DNA of 63,096 bases, filler included, from Octopus bimaculoides (Eukaryota): NCBI RefSeq assembly GCF_001194135.2. It is 4 parts of 3 records of this genome, joined end to end, with 100 filler letters (N's around TTAATTAATTAA, not from the genome) between each part and the next. Parts side by side here need not be neighbours in the genome. Positions count along the whole stretch, not along the records: positions 22,762 to 48,385 come from NC_068996.1; positions 48,486 to 60,800 come from NC_068981.1; 2 more parts are not named here. One strand, written 5' to 3'. Positions 36,904 through 49,399 of the stretch are shown here, piece after piece. The position numbers and the translations under genes are program-made. The notes under the pieces are model-generated. The model was not told where the DNA came from, searched no databases, and saw only the letters and a list, made by a program, of their open reading frames with translations. Position 1 is the first letter of the stretch, and every line of letters starts with the position of its first letter.

Positions 36904-37526
36904 ACACCATCAAAATTTGAAAGCTACAAAGTAATGCAATATGAAGAAATAGATATTACATTCAACAGAGTAATCTGAATGCTAAAGAATTGAACAATAG
37001 ACAAGTTTTTTCTTCATGGTACCTTGGCACTTTAATGGATGGCATTGTGAATAGATTTGGTAGGCAGGAAGCAAAGCAAGCTTCTTGTGTAGGGGAGGTG
37101 TCTCTGACATCACCATCATACAAGTGGAATTCATTATTCCCTGTCTGCCCTGAAATTATATCTGGCATAGGGAAATATTACCTTGATTGGAAACAGGTAA
37201 GGGTTGGCCATAGGAACAATGCAGTCAGCTATAGAAAAATCTTTCTCAGGTAAACTCTCCCTGACCCAGACAAGCACCGGTAAAAAGTGAATGTTAAAAC
37301 AACAACCACAGTGACAACAAGCAAGATACACCATTTCCATTTCCAATATTTCCTTATTTGAAAGGCAGTGAACTGACTAAATTGTTAGTACATTGGTCAA
37401 AATGCTTAGCGCATTTCATTTGTCTTTGTGCTCTGAGCTCAAATTCTGCCAAAGTCAACTTTGCCTTTTGTCCTTTCAGAGTCGATAACATAAATACCAG
37501 TTGAGTACTGGGGTCAATGTAATCAA

Positions 37527-37765
37527 CCATCATCATTCGTTTAACGTCCGCTTTCCATGCTAGCATGGGTTGGACGATTTGACTGAGGACTGATGAAACC
37601 GGATGGCAACACCAGGCTCCAATCTGATCTGGCAGAGTTTCTACAGCTGGATGCCCTTCCTAACGCCAACCACTCAGAGAGTGTAGTGTGTGCCTTTACA
37701 TGCCACCGGCACGAAAGCCAGTCACACGGTGCTGGCAACGGCCATGCTCAAAAAGGTGTTTTTTA
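37527..37765 (-). mobile_element. RTE 3' end, young
   Basis: Nearly identical to 1390-1614. Confidence 0.88.
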
Positions 37766-38174
37766 CGTGCCACCTTCTTCTGAAATTGTTGGCCTTGTGC
37801 AAAGATTGAAACCATTAGCATGCTGTACAAAATATTTATAGCAACATTTCTTCTGGCCTTACATTCTGTATTCCAATGCTGTTGAGATCGACTTTACCTT
37901 TCATCCTTTCAGGGTTGAAATTAAGACCCAGTATTTCCTTACCTAATTTATGCTGACTCTGACTATCATCGTGAGGATTATTGATTCAAAATACTATCTT
38001 TCTTTATCTCCACTGATAAATCATACATTGGCATCAGCAATTTGGCTGAGTCGTTAGAACATCAGAACAGAATGCCTGTCACTGCGTTCGTACCAACATT
38101 CTGTTCTCTGAGTTCAAATCTTGTCGAGGTCAACTTTACCCGTCACATTTTCAGGTGCTTGAAAAAAAATTATC

Positions 38175-38570
38175 AGGAGTGGCTGTGTGGTAAGTAGCTT
38201 GCTAACGAACCACTTGGTTCTGGGTTCATTCCCACTGCGTAGCACCTTGGGCAAGTGTCTTCTACTATAGCCTTGGGCCAACCAACGCCTTGTGAGTGGA
38301 TTTGGTAGATGGAAACTGAAAGAAGCCTGTCGTATATATATATACATATATGTTTGTGTGTCTGTGTTTGTCCCTCCCCCCAACATCGCTTGACAACCGA
38401 TGCTGGTGTGTTTACATTCCCGTAACTTAGCAGTTCGGCAAAGGAGACCGATAGAATAAGTACTAGGCTTCCAAAGAATAAGTCCTGAGGTCGATTTGCT
38501 CGACTAAAGGTGGTGCCCCAGCATGGCCACAGTCAAATGACTGAAACAAGTAAAAGAGTAAAGAGAGTAT
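38175..38570 (+). mobile_element. SINE family A
   Basis: Full head and tail. Confidence 0.9.
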
Positions 38571-38988
38571 TCTAAGGCTGTGGAGCAGCAAACACCATAA
38601 AAACAGAACATTGATGCCTTGTAGTGTTTGAGTTCTGAGCCGAAATCCCATCAAGGTCTACCTGGTTGGTAAACTTCATCTGTTTCCTAATTGAACACCA
38701 CCATCATCACCAGCCACTTTCAGTACCTTTAGCAGATTCCATTTTGCCTAATCTCTAATTTCCTTCCAGTCTCAGAGACCTTGTAAAAGAATCGTGGGCT
38801 CTGTCTTATAAACTTTTGAGATAACATGAAATAATTCTTTATTGGAACAGTGGAACTCAGAGCAGATAAAGCTATAAATAACAGCATGTCAATAATTACA
38901 ATGAAAAAGAAATTATTCCACGTTCTTGAAAGTTTAAAAATTCTTATGACATCAACAACATACAATTCTTGCTGGTAAGAAAAAAATT

Positions 38989-39226
38989 TGGTGCTGGTGC
39001 CATGTAAAAAGTACTCGTGATGGTGCCACATAAAAAGCACTGGTGTTAGTACTACATAAAAAGGACTGGTGATGGTGTCACATAAAAAGCATCAGTGCTG
39101 GCACCATGTAAAAAGCACAGGTGATGGTGCCACATGAAAAGCACTGGTGCCAGTGTCATGTAAAAGATAAGGACTTATAATGGTGCTATGTAAAAAGCAC
39201 TGATGATGGTGTCACATAAATAGTAC
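38989..39226 (+). repeat. 26-bp minisatellite, 9 units, inside an RTE 3'UTR (tail to ~39365)
   Basis: Consensus TGGTG(C/A)TGGTGCCA(TG/CA)TAAAAAGCAC; no unique spacers. Confidence 0.9.
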
Positions 39227-41204
39227 TCAGTACACTCTGTAAAGTGGCTGACATTAAGGGAGGGCATACAATGGAACCCAGTGTGGATCCTGGTCGTGCT
39301 AGCTCCTGTCAAACCATTCAACCCATGCCATCATGGAAAAGTGGTCATTAAATGATGATGATGAAATATGACTGATGCATGTGTTGTTTTGATTGGTTCA
39401 TCTATTTTACATCAGCAGCTGGGGATTTCAGTGTGTTGTGAGTTCTAAGATTTGTGAAGCCGGAAGTTAACCCAGTTTTCAATGCATGTGACTGCAATTA
39501 AAACGTCCACCTACCCACTCTCCCACCTCGTGGGATAATGGTCTGTTGCAGCAACAACTTCCCAGCAATTTCAGGAACCCAAATTACAACTGAATGGACT
39601 GGAGCAACATGAAGAGTTTTGCTCAAGAACACAATGCACTACCCAATCCAGGAATTGAAACCACCGTCTTATGATCATGAGCGCAACACCTTAACCATTA
39701 AGCCATGTGACTTCAGACATTAGCAAACAGTACGGACAGCTGCCCAATATGATATCACTATGGTTTTGACACCTCTTTAACTCACATATCTTACTCACCT
39801 GAACCCTTTTGATATTAACCTGTCCAAGACCACTCTAGTTCTGCAATACAAACTTCCTGTTTTAAAGTGATCAAAGCAAAAAATCTTCCATCAAAATTTC
39901 ATGTAAATTTGTTTCGAACACCATTTTAATAATCTTTTCCACTATTGGCACAAAGCCTGAAATTAGGTGAGGAGGGAGGGGGGTAGCCAAATACATTGAC
40001 CTCAGTGCTCAACTGGTGCTTATTTTATTGACTCCCCCCCCCCCCTAAAGGATAAAAGACAAAGTCAACCTTGGTGAAACACCAATTTAATAATGGCAAA
40101 ATTATTGTACTAAATTCTTTATTATTTTCAAAATTACTTGAAATGAAAATGAAATGAAAGTAGTACATTTCATCAGAAATGTAAAAAAGTTAAACACTCA
40201 CACACACAGGATTATAGTTGCAACTTTCTATCAGTCTCCTTTTGCTGAACCACTAGGTTACAGGGCCATAAACACACCAGCACCCATTGTCAAGCAATGC
40301 TGGGGAAGAAACACACACACACACATATATACGATAGGCTTCATTCAGTTTCTATCTTCTATTTATAAGGCTTTGGTCAGTGCAGGACTATCGTAGAAGA
40401 TACTTGCCCAAGGTGCCACACAGTGGGATTGAACCTGGGACTATGTGGTCGGGAAGTGAGCTTCTCACCACACAGACACATCACCTGTAGCCATCATCTG
40501 TTACTTGCTTTCAGTCATTAGCTACTCTTAAAATGTTGAATCATTTGTATGTAACCATATACGCCTCTCACACCTCCTGACATCTTATGGCTTATATACT
40601 CATGAAGTGTTTGCAATGGTTGATGACCTTCTGGATTCCAGCTGCATGGACACTCTGTATTGCACTTCTCTATATTGAATTACTGTGTGGTCTGATAGCT
40701 GAGTCTGTAAGAGGAGCTTTCTGTGATAGTCACACAATTCTCAGAATCCATATTTATACTACATATTACATATATGTATGGCAACAGGAAATTCTGTCAA
40801 AGAGACATTGTTAAGCGAAGTTGTACATCATCTCCCTCTTTCTTTCACATACCCACTCTTTCCCCCTCTTTTATTATTATTCCCACTGCCACCATCAACA
40901 CTACTACTTTAAATAAAACATCATCACCTCTCCTTAAATTTCTTTGTCTCTTTTTCTCTCTGTCTCTCTTTTTCTTTCTATTACCCCATCATGAGTAATA
41001 GTAGAAGTGTCATTGAATAGTGGGAGAGGTGGGGTCTAAGTGTGACACACTGATACACAGAAATTAGTTTTCGCATTTATTATATTGCTTAGGAGTGCAC
41101 TGTGTGTTATAGCAGAAACAGCTGTAAGCCAATGGAAGTTCATTGCATATTTTCCTGTTCCTTTGTCACTTATTTAATTTCATATATAGTTATATATATA
41201 TATA

Positions 41205-41424
41205 TTATCTTTTACTTGTTTTAGTCATTAGATTGCGGCCATGCTAGGGTGCTGCCTTGAAGAATGTGAGTCAAGCAAATTGTTCCCTGTACTTATTTTT
41301 TTATTAAGGCCTAATACTTATTTTATCAGTGTATTTAGCTTAACCGCTAGCTTACAGGGATGTAAACACACACCACCAATTGTCAAGTCGTGATGACAGA
41401 CAAACACACACTCACACACACATA

Positions 41425-41469
<45 letters not shown>

Positions 41470-41650
41470 GGCTTCTTTCAGTTTCCATCTACTAAACTCA
41501 CTCANNNNNNNNNNTACTAAACTCACTCACAAGGTTGTGGTTGACCCAGGGCTATGGTAGAAGACACTTGTCCAAGGTGACATGCAGTGGGACTTTACCT
41601 AGAACCATGTGGTTGAGAAGCAAGCTACTTACCACACAGCCATGCCTACA
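41205..41650 (-). mobile_element. SINE family A
   Basis: Reverse complement of head and tail; also a minus copy at ~40220-40480. Confidence 0.85.
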
Positions 41651-41728
41651 TCTATACACACACAGATTGAGCGAGAGAGAGAGAGAGATGGATTGATATA
41701 AAAGATATGCATGCACACCCACCAATCC

Positions 41729-41759
<31 letters not shown>

Positions 41760-42249
41760 GTGCATACATTTTTGAGGATTGTATATACTGAGAAAGATGG
41801 AATATATAAGAATCTATGCAAGAGTACCATGTTGTGGCAACATCTGTTCATGCAGCTGTTTATTAAATTGTGGGAAAATACTTGTTATTTAATGGGAAAA
41901 TGATTAGGAGGGGGGAGGCCTAATTTTTTATTATCTCATGTTCCTTTATATTTGCTTGTTTTTTTTTTCTCCCTTTTACAATTTTTTTTTTTGTTGTTAA
42001 TTTTCAACTCATTTATTATGTTCATAATTCATGAGGTAAAGCAAAGTTTTTTTTTGTTTTGTTTCATTTTCTTTTTTACCCATTTACTGTGTTCACAATG
42101 CTCATGTTAAAGTGATGGGGTGGGGAGGTGGTGCAGAGGGTGGTGGTGGTGTGATTTCTTTCTTTTTTTTTATAACTTCAACAGTTAGAATTGTGTCAGA
42201 AACAATTATTAAACATGAATTTCTTATCAATATTCAAATTTCTTTAACA

Positions 42250-42408
42250 GGCATAGACATAGCTGTGTGGTTAAGAAACTTATTTGCAAGTGGTTTTGGG
42301 CTCAATCCCACTGCATGATACCTTGGCCAAGAGCCTTCCACAATAGACTTGGACTGACCAATGCCTTAATAATAGATTGCGTTGATGAAAACTAAAAGAA
42401 GCTTGTTT

Positions 42409-42439
<31 letters not shown>

Positions 42440-42620
42440 CCTTGTTTAGACAGCACATGATTGTTGTAAATAAGCATAATCGTCATACAACTGATGTTAT
42501 TCATTTCCGGTCTTCCATGGAAAACAAGTCTGGCCGAGGAGAAATATTAACTTACTTTGAAATGGTTCAGTGTTGGCAACAGGAAGAGCATCCAGTGTTA
42601 GAAAATCTGCCTGGTAGGTG
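42250..42620 (+). mobile_element. SINE with family A head but RTE-type tail
   Basis: Head GCTGTGTGGTTAAG..CAATCCCACTGCATGATACCTTGG, (TG)n, then GTTGGCAACAGGAAGAGCATCCAGTGTTAGAAAATCTG. Confidence 0.7.
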
Positions 42621-43642
42621 GGTGGATAGGTGTGTCACAGTGTTCGTTTCACAATCACATCATCTTAGATTCAGTACACCAAGTGCACAGGCACGACTGC
42701 ATGGTTAAGAAGTCTGCTTTATAATCACATGGGTTTTTGGTTCTGTCCCACTACACAGCTCCTTGGGCAAATATCTTTTCTTGCCTTGGGTCAGCCAAAG
42801 CTTTTTATAATATCAGTAGATGTAAACTGCATGGAAGCGCATGGATGGGAATGAGTTGCATGTAGGAACATGCAATTGCAAGTTGTCATTTTTGCTTCTC
42901 CCAAGAGATCGTCTGAGCAAATGTTGATGTAGTGCTTATTTTCATGGTGAACATTACAGCCCGTAGTGCTGTTGTCTCGAAGTAATGGAATAAATTCTCC
43001 CAAACTTGTAAACAGGAAAATGATTTGTAACAAGAAGAGAATCCTTCCATCCATACATATGTCTGTGTGTGTGTGTGTGAACTTTAAGAAAGTTGTTTGT
43101 TCAATCGTTGTCTGCAGAAAGATCTGGAACGATTAGTCACATATTTATTCTTAACATATCCAGGCAGATTCAGATGCAAAATATGCTGGTCGCTGTTGTG
43201 TGTGTCACAGGAGAATAATTTCTTCATTTTACAAAGACAGTGGGGTCCACATTCTTGTCTCATTGGCACATAGCATTCTGGGACTCTGGTGTTTAGTCAT
43301 ATTGTATCTTGCCTGCCAGAACGTTGAGACTAACCAAAGTGGCTGGTTTTCTTTATGCTATCCATAAATAGAATGTTTGCTGATCAGTGCTTATATTTGC
43401 CAACTGATAAAAGAAAAATTGTTGTTTGCACCATTTACAGTGATACTCTATTTGTGGGTTAACAATGCTACCAGTGGTTTCATGCGGAAAGAATTTCCAC
43501 AATCTTCAAGTAATCTAATATTAAGTATTCTCATCTGTAGCAGAAGCAATTAGCAGCATTTTCAATTGGTTAATCCACAAATAAAGGGTATTTATTCACT
43601 AAATGCAGTGTTGAGCACTCACTCTTTACTGTTCAATAACCA

Positions 43643-43689
<47 letters not shown>

Positions 43690-43919
43690 ATCATCTAACA
43701 TTTGTTGACTATGCTGGCATGGGTTGGTCAGTTTGACCAGAGCTGGCAAGCTGGGGAGCTGCACCAGGCACCAGTCTGATTTGGCATGGTTTCTACAGCT
43801 GGATGCTCTTCCTAACACCAACCATTCCATAGAGTGTGCTGGATGCTTTTACGTGGCACTGCACAGGCACTCTTACGTGACACTGCATTAGCGCTTTTAC
43901 GTAGCACCATATTTATATG

Positions 43920-43984
<65 letters not shown>

Positions 43985-44544
43985 ATGTATATATAAAAAG
44001 TTACTAGAGTCAGGTATTTAAAGTTATAAACTTGGTACTAACTTAACTCTTCACTCTCTGACTGAATTTGGCTCAACCAAGTCATCTGGCACTATGAATT
44101 TCTTCTTTAAGAAGTTCTAATTGGTAATTCTTATCTGTATTCACCTTATGAAAACATTCATTAAAAAAATTTGTTTTTTGATGATGTAACATTTCTGTTC
44201 GTCAATAAAAAAAAACATGCTTGAAAGAGGTGTAGTGAACCACAAACCATCTTTACTGTTTATATATATATATATATATATAAGTGTGTGTGTTTGTGTA
44301 TATATATGTGTGTGTGTGTATTTATGTAGGTGTATTTATATATGAGTGTCATCATCATCATCATCATCGTTTAACGTCCGCTTTCCATGTATATATGTGT
44401 GTTCTTTCTGACAGAGAACCATACTCAAAACATTATACACCCACTATTTAATCCATCTTATACTTTTTTTTTCCATCTTCTTTCCATTTTATACTGAGCA
44501 TCAGTTTCATACATTCTATGTGTTTAACTTTTGTATATGCATAC

Positions 44545-44970
44545 ACAGGTGTGGCTGTAAGGTAAGAAGCTTGTTTCCAAACCACATGGTCCTAGGCTCA
44601 GACCCACTGCATGGCACCTTGGGCAAGTGTCTTCTGCTATAGCCGTGGATCGATCAAAGCCTTGTGAGTGGATTTGGTAGACAGAAACTGAAAGAATGAA
44701 AGAAGCCTGTCATTTATATATGTATATATGTATGCGTATATCTATGTGTGTGTGTCTGTGTTTGTGCCCCCTACCCCATCACTGCTTGATAACCAAATAT
44801 GGTGTGTTTACATCCCCATAACTTAACAGTTTGGCAAAAGAAACTGACAGAATAAGTATTAGGCTTAAAAAATAAGTCTTGGAGTCAATTTGTTCAACTA
44901 AAACCTTTCAAGATGGTGCTCCAGCATGGCCGCAGTCAAATGACTGAAACAAGTAAAAGAATAAAAGAAT
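44545..44970 (+). mobile_element. SINE family A
   Basis: Full head and tail. Confidence 0.9.
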
Positions 44971-45003
44971 ATATATTTATACACACATACATACATACAT
45001 AGG

Positions 45004-45075
<72 letters not shown>

Positions 45076-45085
45076 CTTATATAGC

Positions 45086-45117
<32 letters not shown>

Positions 45118-45653
45118 TACATACGCACATACACGCATACACACATACATATATTAGATGAATTCTTTGCTTAATGCCACAGAACAATTAGACTATGCAT
45201 ATTAGTAGCCTGAAATCTACTTGGTATGATACCAGTGTCACTTAAATGAGGGAAATGTGTTGGGACCTATTTCAAACTTAATTGGTTCATTACAGATATA
45301 TTAGTGTAATCTAAGCCAAACAGAATTAATTTAGATCAATGTTCTATTAAAATAAAAAATGAAAAGCATTTTTACTATAAACACCCATAAAATAATAATA
45401 TCCTTTGTTAATGTTGCCGAATTGGATAATTTTACAGTGTTTTGTTTATTCTACATAATTAGCCCACCATCACAGATAAACTAATTAACAGTGTTAAACA
45501 AAAACATTCGATGTGTGACCCCGATGCATGAATTATATGCATTACGTGGGTGTAGGTGTGCATGCGTGCCCCTGCGTATGTGTGTAATAGAACGAGGTTA
45601 TAAATGTCAAAAAGGAATAGTCAGGAATGAAGCTCTTGACTTCAGGAAAATAA

Positions 45654-45892
45654 TGCCAGGTATGTCATAAGGTCTGCACTTCTAACAGAGGCCTCGAAAA
45701 ACATTTTAAGGTCCACAAAGATCAGAACTTAACTGCAGCTCATGATGATCCAAATCGGATATGCAATCTATGTGAGTGTCTTTTTTCAGAACATTGTCTG
45801 GTTTTAAAAGCCACATCAGGCGCCATGATGGTTCTAAGGTGTAGGTACAGGAGGTGGTCAAACTCTGCATAAGGAGTAGACAACCGCCACCA
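45654..45892 (+). pseudogene. Two C2H2 zinc fingers with one frameshift, probably an RTE-type LINE C-terminus
   Basis: CQVCHKVCTSNRGLEKHFKVH-KDQNLTAAHDDPNRI-CNLCECLF/RTLSGFKSHIRRH-DGSKV*; upstream in-frame TAA; short UTR ending ACCGCCACCA at (TA)n. Confidence 0.7.
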
Positions 45893-45914
45893 TATATATA
45901 TATATATATATATA

Positions 45915-46210
45915 GCGAAATCGTGATGGCACCTGTGCCCAGCGTCGCCTTGCTGGCACATGTAAAGACATTCGAGCGAGATCGTTGCCAATGCCACTGG
46001 ACTGGCTCCTGTGCAGGTGGCACGTAAAATACACCATTTCAAGCGTGACCGTTGCCAGTACCACCTGACTGGTGTTAGGAAGGGCATCCAGTTGTAGAAA
46101 CTCTGCCAAATCAGATTGGAGCCTGGTGTAGCCATCTGGTTTCACCAGTCCTCAGTCAAATCGTCCAACCCATGCTAGCATGGAAGGCAGACGTTAAACG
46201 ATGATGATAA
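45915..46210 (+). mobile_element. RTE 3' end
   Basis: GGAAGGGCATCCAGTTGTAGAAA..GACGTTAAACGATGATGAT; similar copy at 47465-47620. Confidence 0.85.
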
Positions 46211-46349
46211 TGAATGTCTTATTATTTCTGGTGTAAATTTAATTAATAAAAAAAATGTCTCTTGATTCACAAAATTATGTATGGCTCCTGCTCTCTTGCT
46301 GATAGTAAGACTTCTTGATATATAAATGACAAACCTGATATGGCTAGAA

Positions 46350-46833
46350 CAGGGATGGGCAACTTTTCGTCAACTGGGGTCCTCATCACACCATTTCCAA
46401 GTAGGAGAGGGTCACATGATAAAACACATATGCATGAAATATAACTTGCCCACTTCACACTGAATTTTTCGCATTTCTTCTTAATTTCATTTGTCTTAGT
46501 ATGAAAGTTTACATTAAGCTGGGCATTATTTCATTATTTCATTATTTCCTAATGATAATAATGATGATTACTAGTGTAAATAAATTATAGTTTAACATTT
46601 TGAGGTTAAAAAAAAAAAGAAAAGAAAAGAAAATTCATCAATATTTTATTAAAAAACAGACTTCATTATTTGTATCAATGAGATTTGTACACATTCACAT
46701 TCTTTACCATATTTTCAATGTTAGGTAGAATTTCAGATGCTGCTACTCTTAGGTTATACTGCAAATTAGTAACCAAGAAACTCATCAAGGGTCACACAAC
46801 AACATATTGAGGGCTGCAGGTTGCCCATACCTG
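46350..46833. mobile_element. hAT MITE with 8-bp TSD
   Basis: GGCTAGAA|CAGGGATGGGCAAC..GTTGCCCATACCTG|GGCTAGAA. Confidence 0.92.
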
Positions 46834-46855
46834 GGCTAGAACAAGCTTCAAAATA

Positions 46856-47087
46856 AGGCAGCGAGCTGGCAGAATCGTTAGCGCGCTGGGCGAAATGCTT
46901 ACTAGTATTTCGTCTGTCTTTACGTTCTGAGTTCAAATTCCGCCGAGGTCGACTTTGCCTTTCATCCTTTCAGGGTCGATAAATTAAGTACCAGTTACGT
47001 ACTGGGGTCGATGTAATCGACTTAATCCCTTTGTCTGGCCTTGCTTGTCCCCTCTATGTTTGGCCCCTTGTGGGCAATAAAGAAATA
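46856..47087 (+). mobile_element. Full-length young SINE family B with 18-bp TSD
   Basis: TSD AGAACAAGCTT(C/T)AAAATA at 46838-46855 and 47088-47105; A-box TGGCAGAATCG, B-box GTTCAAATTCC; CpGs intact. Confidence 0.93.
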
Positions 47088-48041
47088 AGAACAAGCTTTA
47101 AAATATCAGGCTATCAACTACTTCAAAGTCAGCAACACCTGACTTCTTCAGGGATTACAAAGAAAGTGCTTCAAAGTCACTGTGATGGTGCAAACATGAG
47201 GCTTTTCTTGTCAAAACATCTTGTGGCATGAGCAGAAAAAAAACAAAGAGAAGATTTATAGACACATCCTACCCATCTCTACTGTTACTGCTCAGTGTAG
47301 AGTAGATTCATTGACAACTGCCTTTGTGTTGAACAGCAGGCCATACCTGTTGTTATCTAGTGGAAGTTCATTTATTCATATTAGTGTTATTGGGTGCAAC
47401 GCACAGCATAAAATTGGGAATCTACCAAGGCCAATACTGGACAGAGATTTCTGATGATTACTTAAAGAGGGTTGGCGTTAGGAAGGGCATCCAGCTGTAG
47501 AAACTCTGCCAGATCAAATTGGAGCCTGGTGCAGCCATCTGGTTCGCCAGTCCTCAGTCAAATAGTCCAACCCATGCTAGCATGGAAAGCGGACGTTAAA
47601 CGATGATGATGATGATGTTTGTGTGTATGTATGTGTTTGTATATGTTTGTGTGTGTGTATATATGTATGTGTATATATATGCATGTTTGTATATGTGTGT
47701 GTATATATTTGTTTGTGTGTGAAAGAGAGAGATAGAGGGGGAAGAAGTTGCATAGCCTAGTGGTTAGGGTGTTGCACTCCTGATTGTAAGATCATGGTTT
47801 CAATTCCTGGACCAGGTGGGGCATTGTGTTCTTGAGCTTCGTCTCACATTGCTCTTAGATCACTTTGACACCTGATATGCTGTACACCATGCACCTCTTC
47901 TGGTAACGCGGATTTGATGCAGTGTCAGGGGAGAGCTTATATACAGCACATGCATTTTGATCTCTATAAATAAATCATCTGTGCAGGTTATTCAGCAAAG
48001 TCTGAACACGCACACATTATCTTTGATGGGAAATTCCATCA

Positions 48042-48385
48042 TCTTAATATATAAATCTGAAATTGTGTGTTTGTGTGAAGCTTTTTTGAATGTTTATAGA
48101 AATCCACATTTTCCACTTTTTCGTAAAAAATTTTACATCAATGGAATTTTCTCGATCTGAACTTTCCAGTGCAGTAATTAGATTTTTAAAATTCCGTTTA
48201 CTTTGTGTGATTTAAGGGAGATTTGGCTGTTGTTAATAGCAACTTTTATATTTCATCCCTGCTACCTGGAACGCCATTCTTACACACGCGCTCAACATAA
48301 AAATATAGAGAGTAAGAGTTAAAGAGAGAGAGGGAGAGAGAGAGAAAGTGATACATACAACGTCATAGATTAAACTTTCATCTCA
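48042..48385 (+). mobile_element. Non-autonomous Helitron-like 5' part
   Basis: A|TCTTAATATATAAAT start; runs into gap. Confidence 0.45.
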
Positions 48386-48557
48386 NNNNNNNNNNNNNNN
48401 NNNNNNNNNNNNNNNNNNNNNNNNNNNNNTTAATTAATTAANNNNNNNNNNNNNNNNNNNNNNNNNNNNNNNNNNNNNNNNNNNNATATATATATATATA
48501 TGTATGTATGTGTATATATATATATATATCTGTAAATAATATGTGACAATTATTCGG

Positions 48558-48631
48558 TAGCCATGATAAAACTCAGAGTTTCGGATGTCGGGGCGGAAAC
48601 CCACGTCGCCATCTCTTCAGTTATCTGGCCA
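48558..48631 (-). ncRNA. Type I hammerhead ribozyme candidate
   Basis: TGGCC-A-GATAA-CTGAAGA-[GATG..CATC-C]-GAAACTCTGAGTT-TTATC-AT-GGCTA: intact core, 5+5 bp helix I, GUU triplet, imperfect helix II. Confidence 0.7.
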
Positions 48632-48921
48632 TCGAAAAAATGTTATGAAAATGACCATTAAACAAAGGGAAATTACTGTGTGATTGACCGTTATTAAGAC
48701 AAAAGAGCTATTAGAATGACAGCTAAGTAAGGGGAGGGAGTAAAGATAAGGGAGTAAAAATGTCTATAGTATTCGCGTAAGCGCCCAAGTCCATACATAC
48801 ACATGCGTACCCGCACACCCACGTAATACGCCTATATGTATATACTCGTTCACCCTCACTTGAAACACACACATGCTCACCCACATATTCACCAAAAAAT
48901 ATATACATACTCGCATACACG

Positions 48922-48960
<39 letters not shown>

Positions 48961-49252
48961 ANNNNNNNNNNNNNNNNNNNNNNNNNNNNNNNNNNNNNNN
49001 NNNNNNNNNNNNNNNNNNNNNNNNNNNNNNNNNNNNNNNNNNNNNNNNNNNNNNNNNNNNNCATATGCACCCACAAACACACGCCCGCATACACGTATAT
49101 ACATATTCACACTGATATATACATGCACCTACTAAAACGCAAATTCGCACAGATGAATATGTAGGCATATATATATATATATATATCTACATATATGTAC
49201 ATGCACACACACAGAAACACACATACTCACACATACACACACGCACACATAC

Positions 49253-49314
<62 letters not shown>

Positions 49315-49399
49315 GCACATAACTCATACACGTACACATATATGCATATACACACATACATACATATATATATATACACACATATATGGATCTAGATTG

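Noticed and set aside
38989-39226. CRISPR-like array of ~26-bp repeats
   Set aside because: Units are contiguous with no unique spacers, sit inside an RTE 3'UTR, and there are no cas genes in this eukaryotic context.
41085-41130. GAAACAGCTGTAAGC hammerhead half (similarly CTGAAGA plus stem at 47110-47155)
   Set aside because: The other half of the catalytic core is not recognisable.
43440-43508. Plus-strand exon candidate ILYLWVNNATSGFMRKEFPQSS
   Set aside because: Isolated, modest donor, opposite strand to the better candidates; kept only as an alternative to test with RNA-seq.
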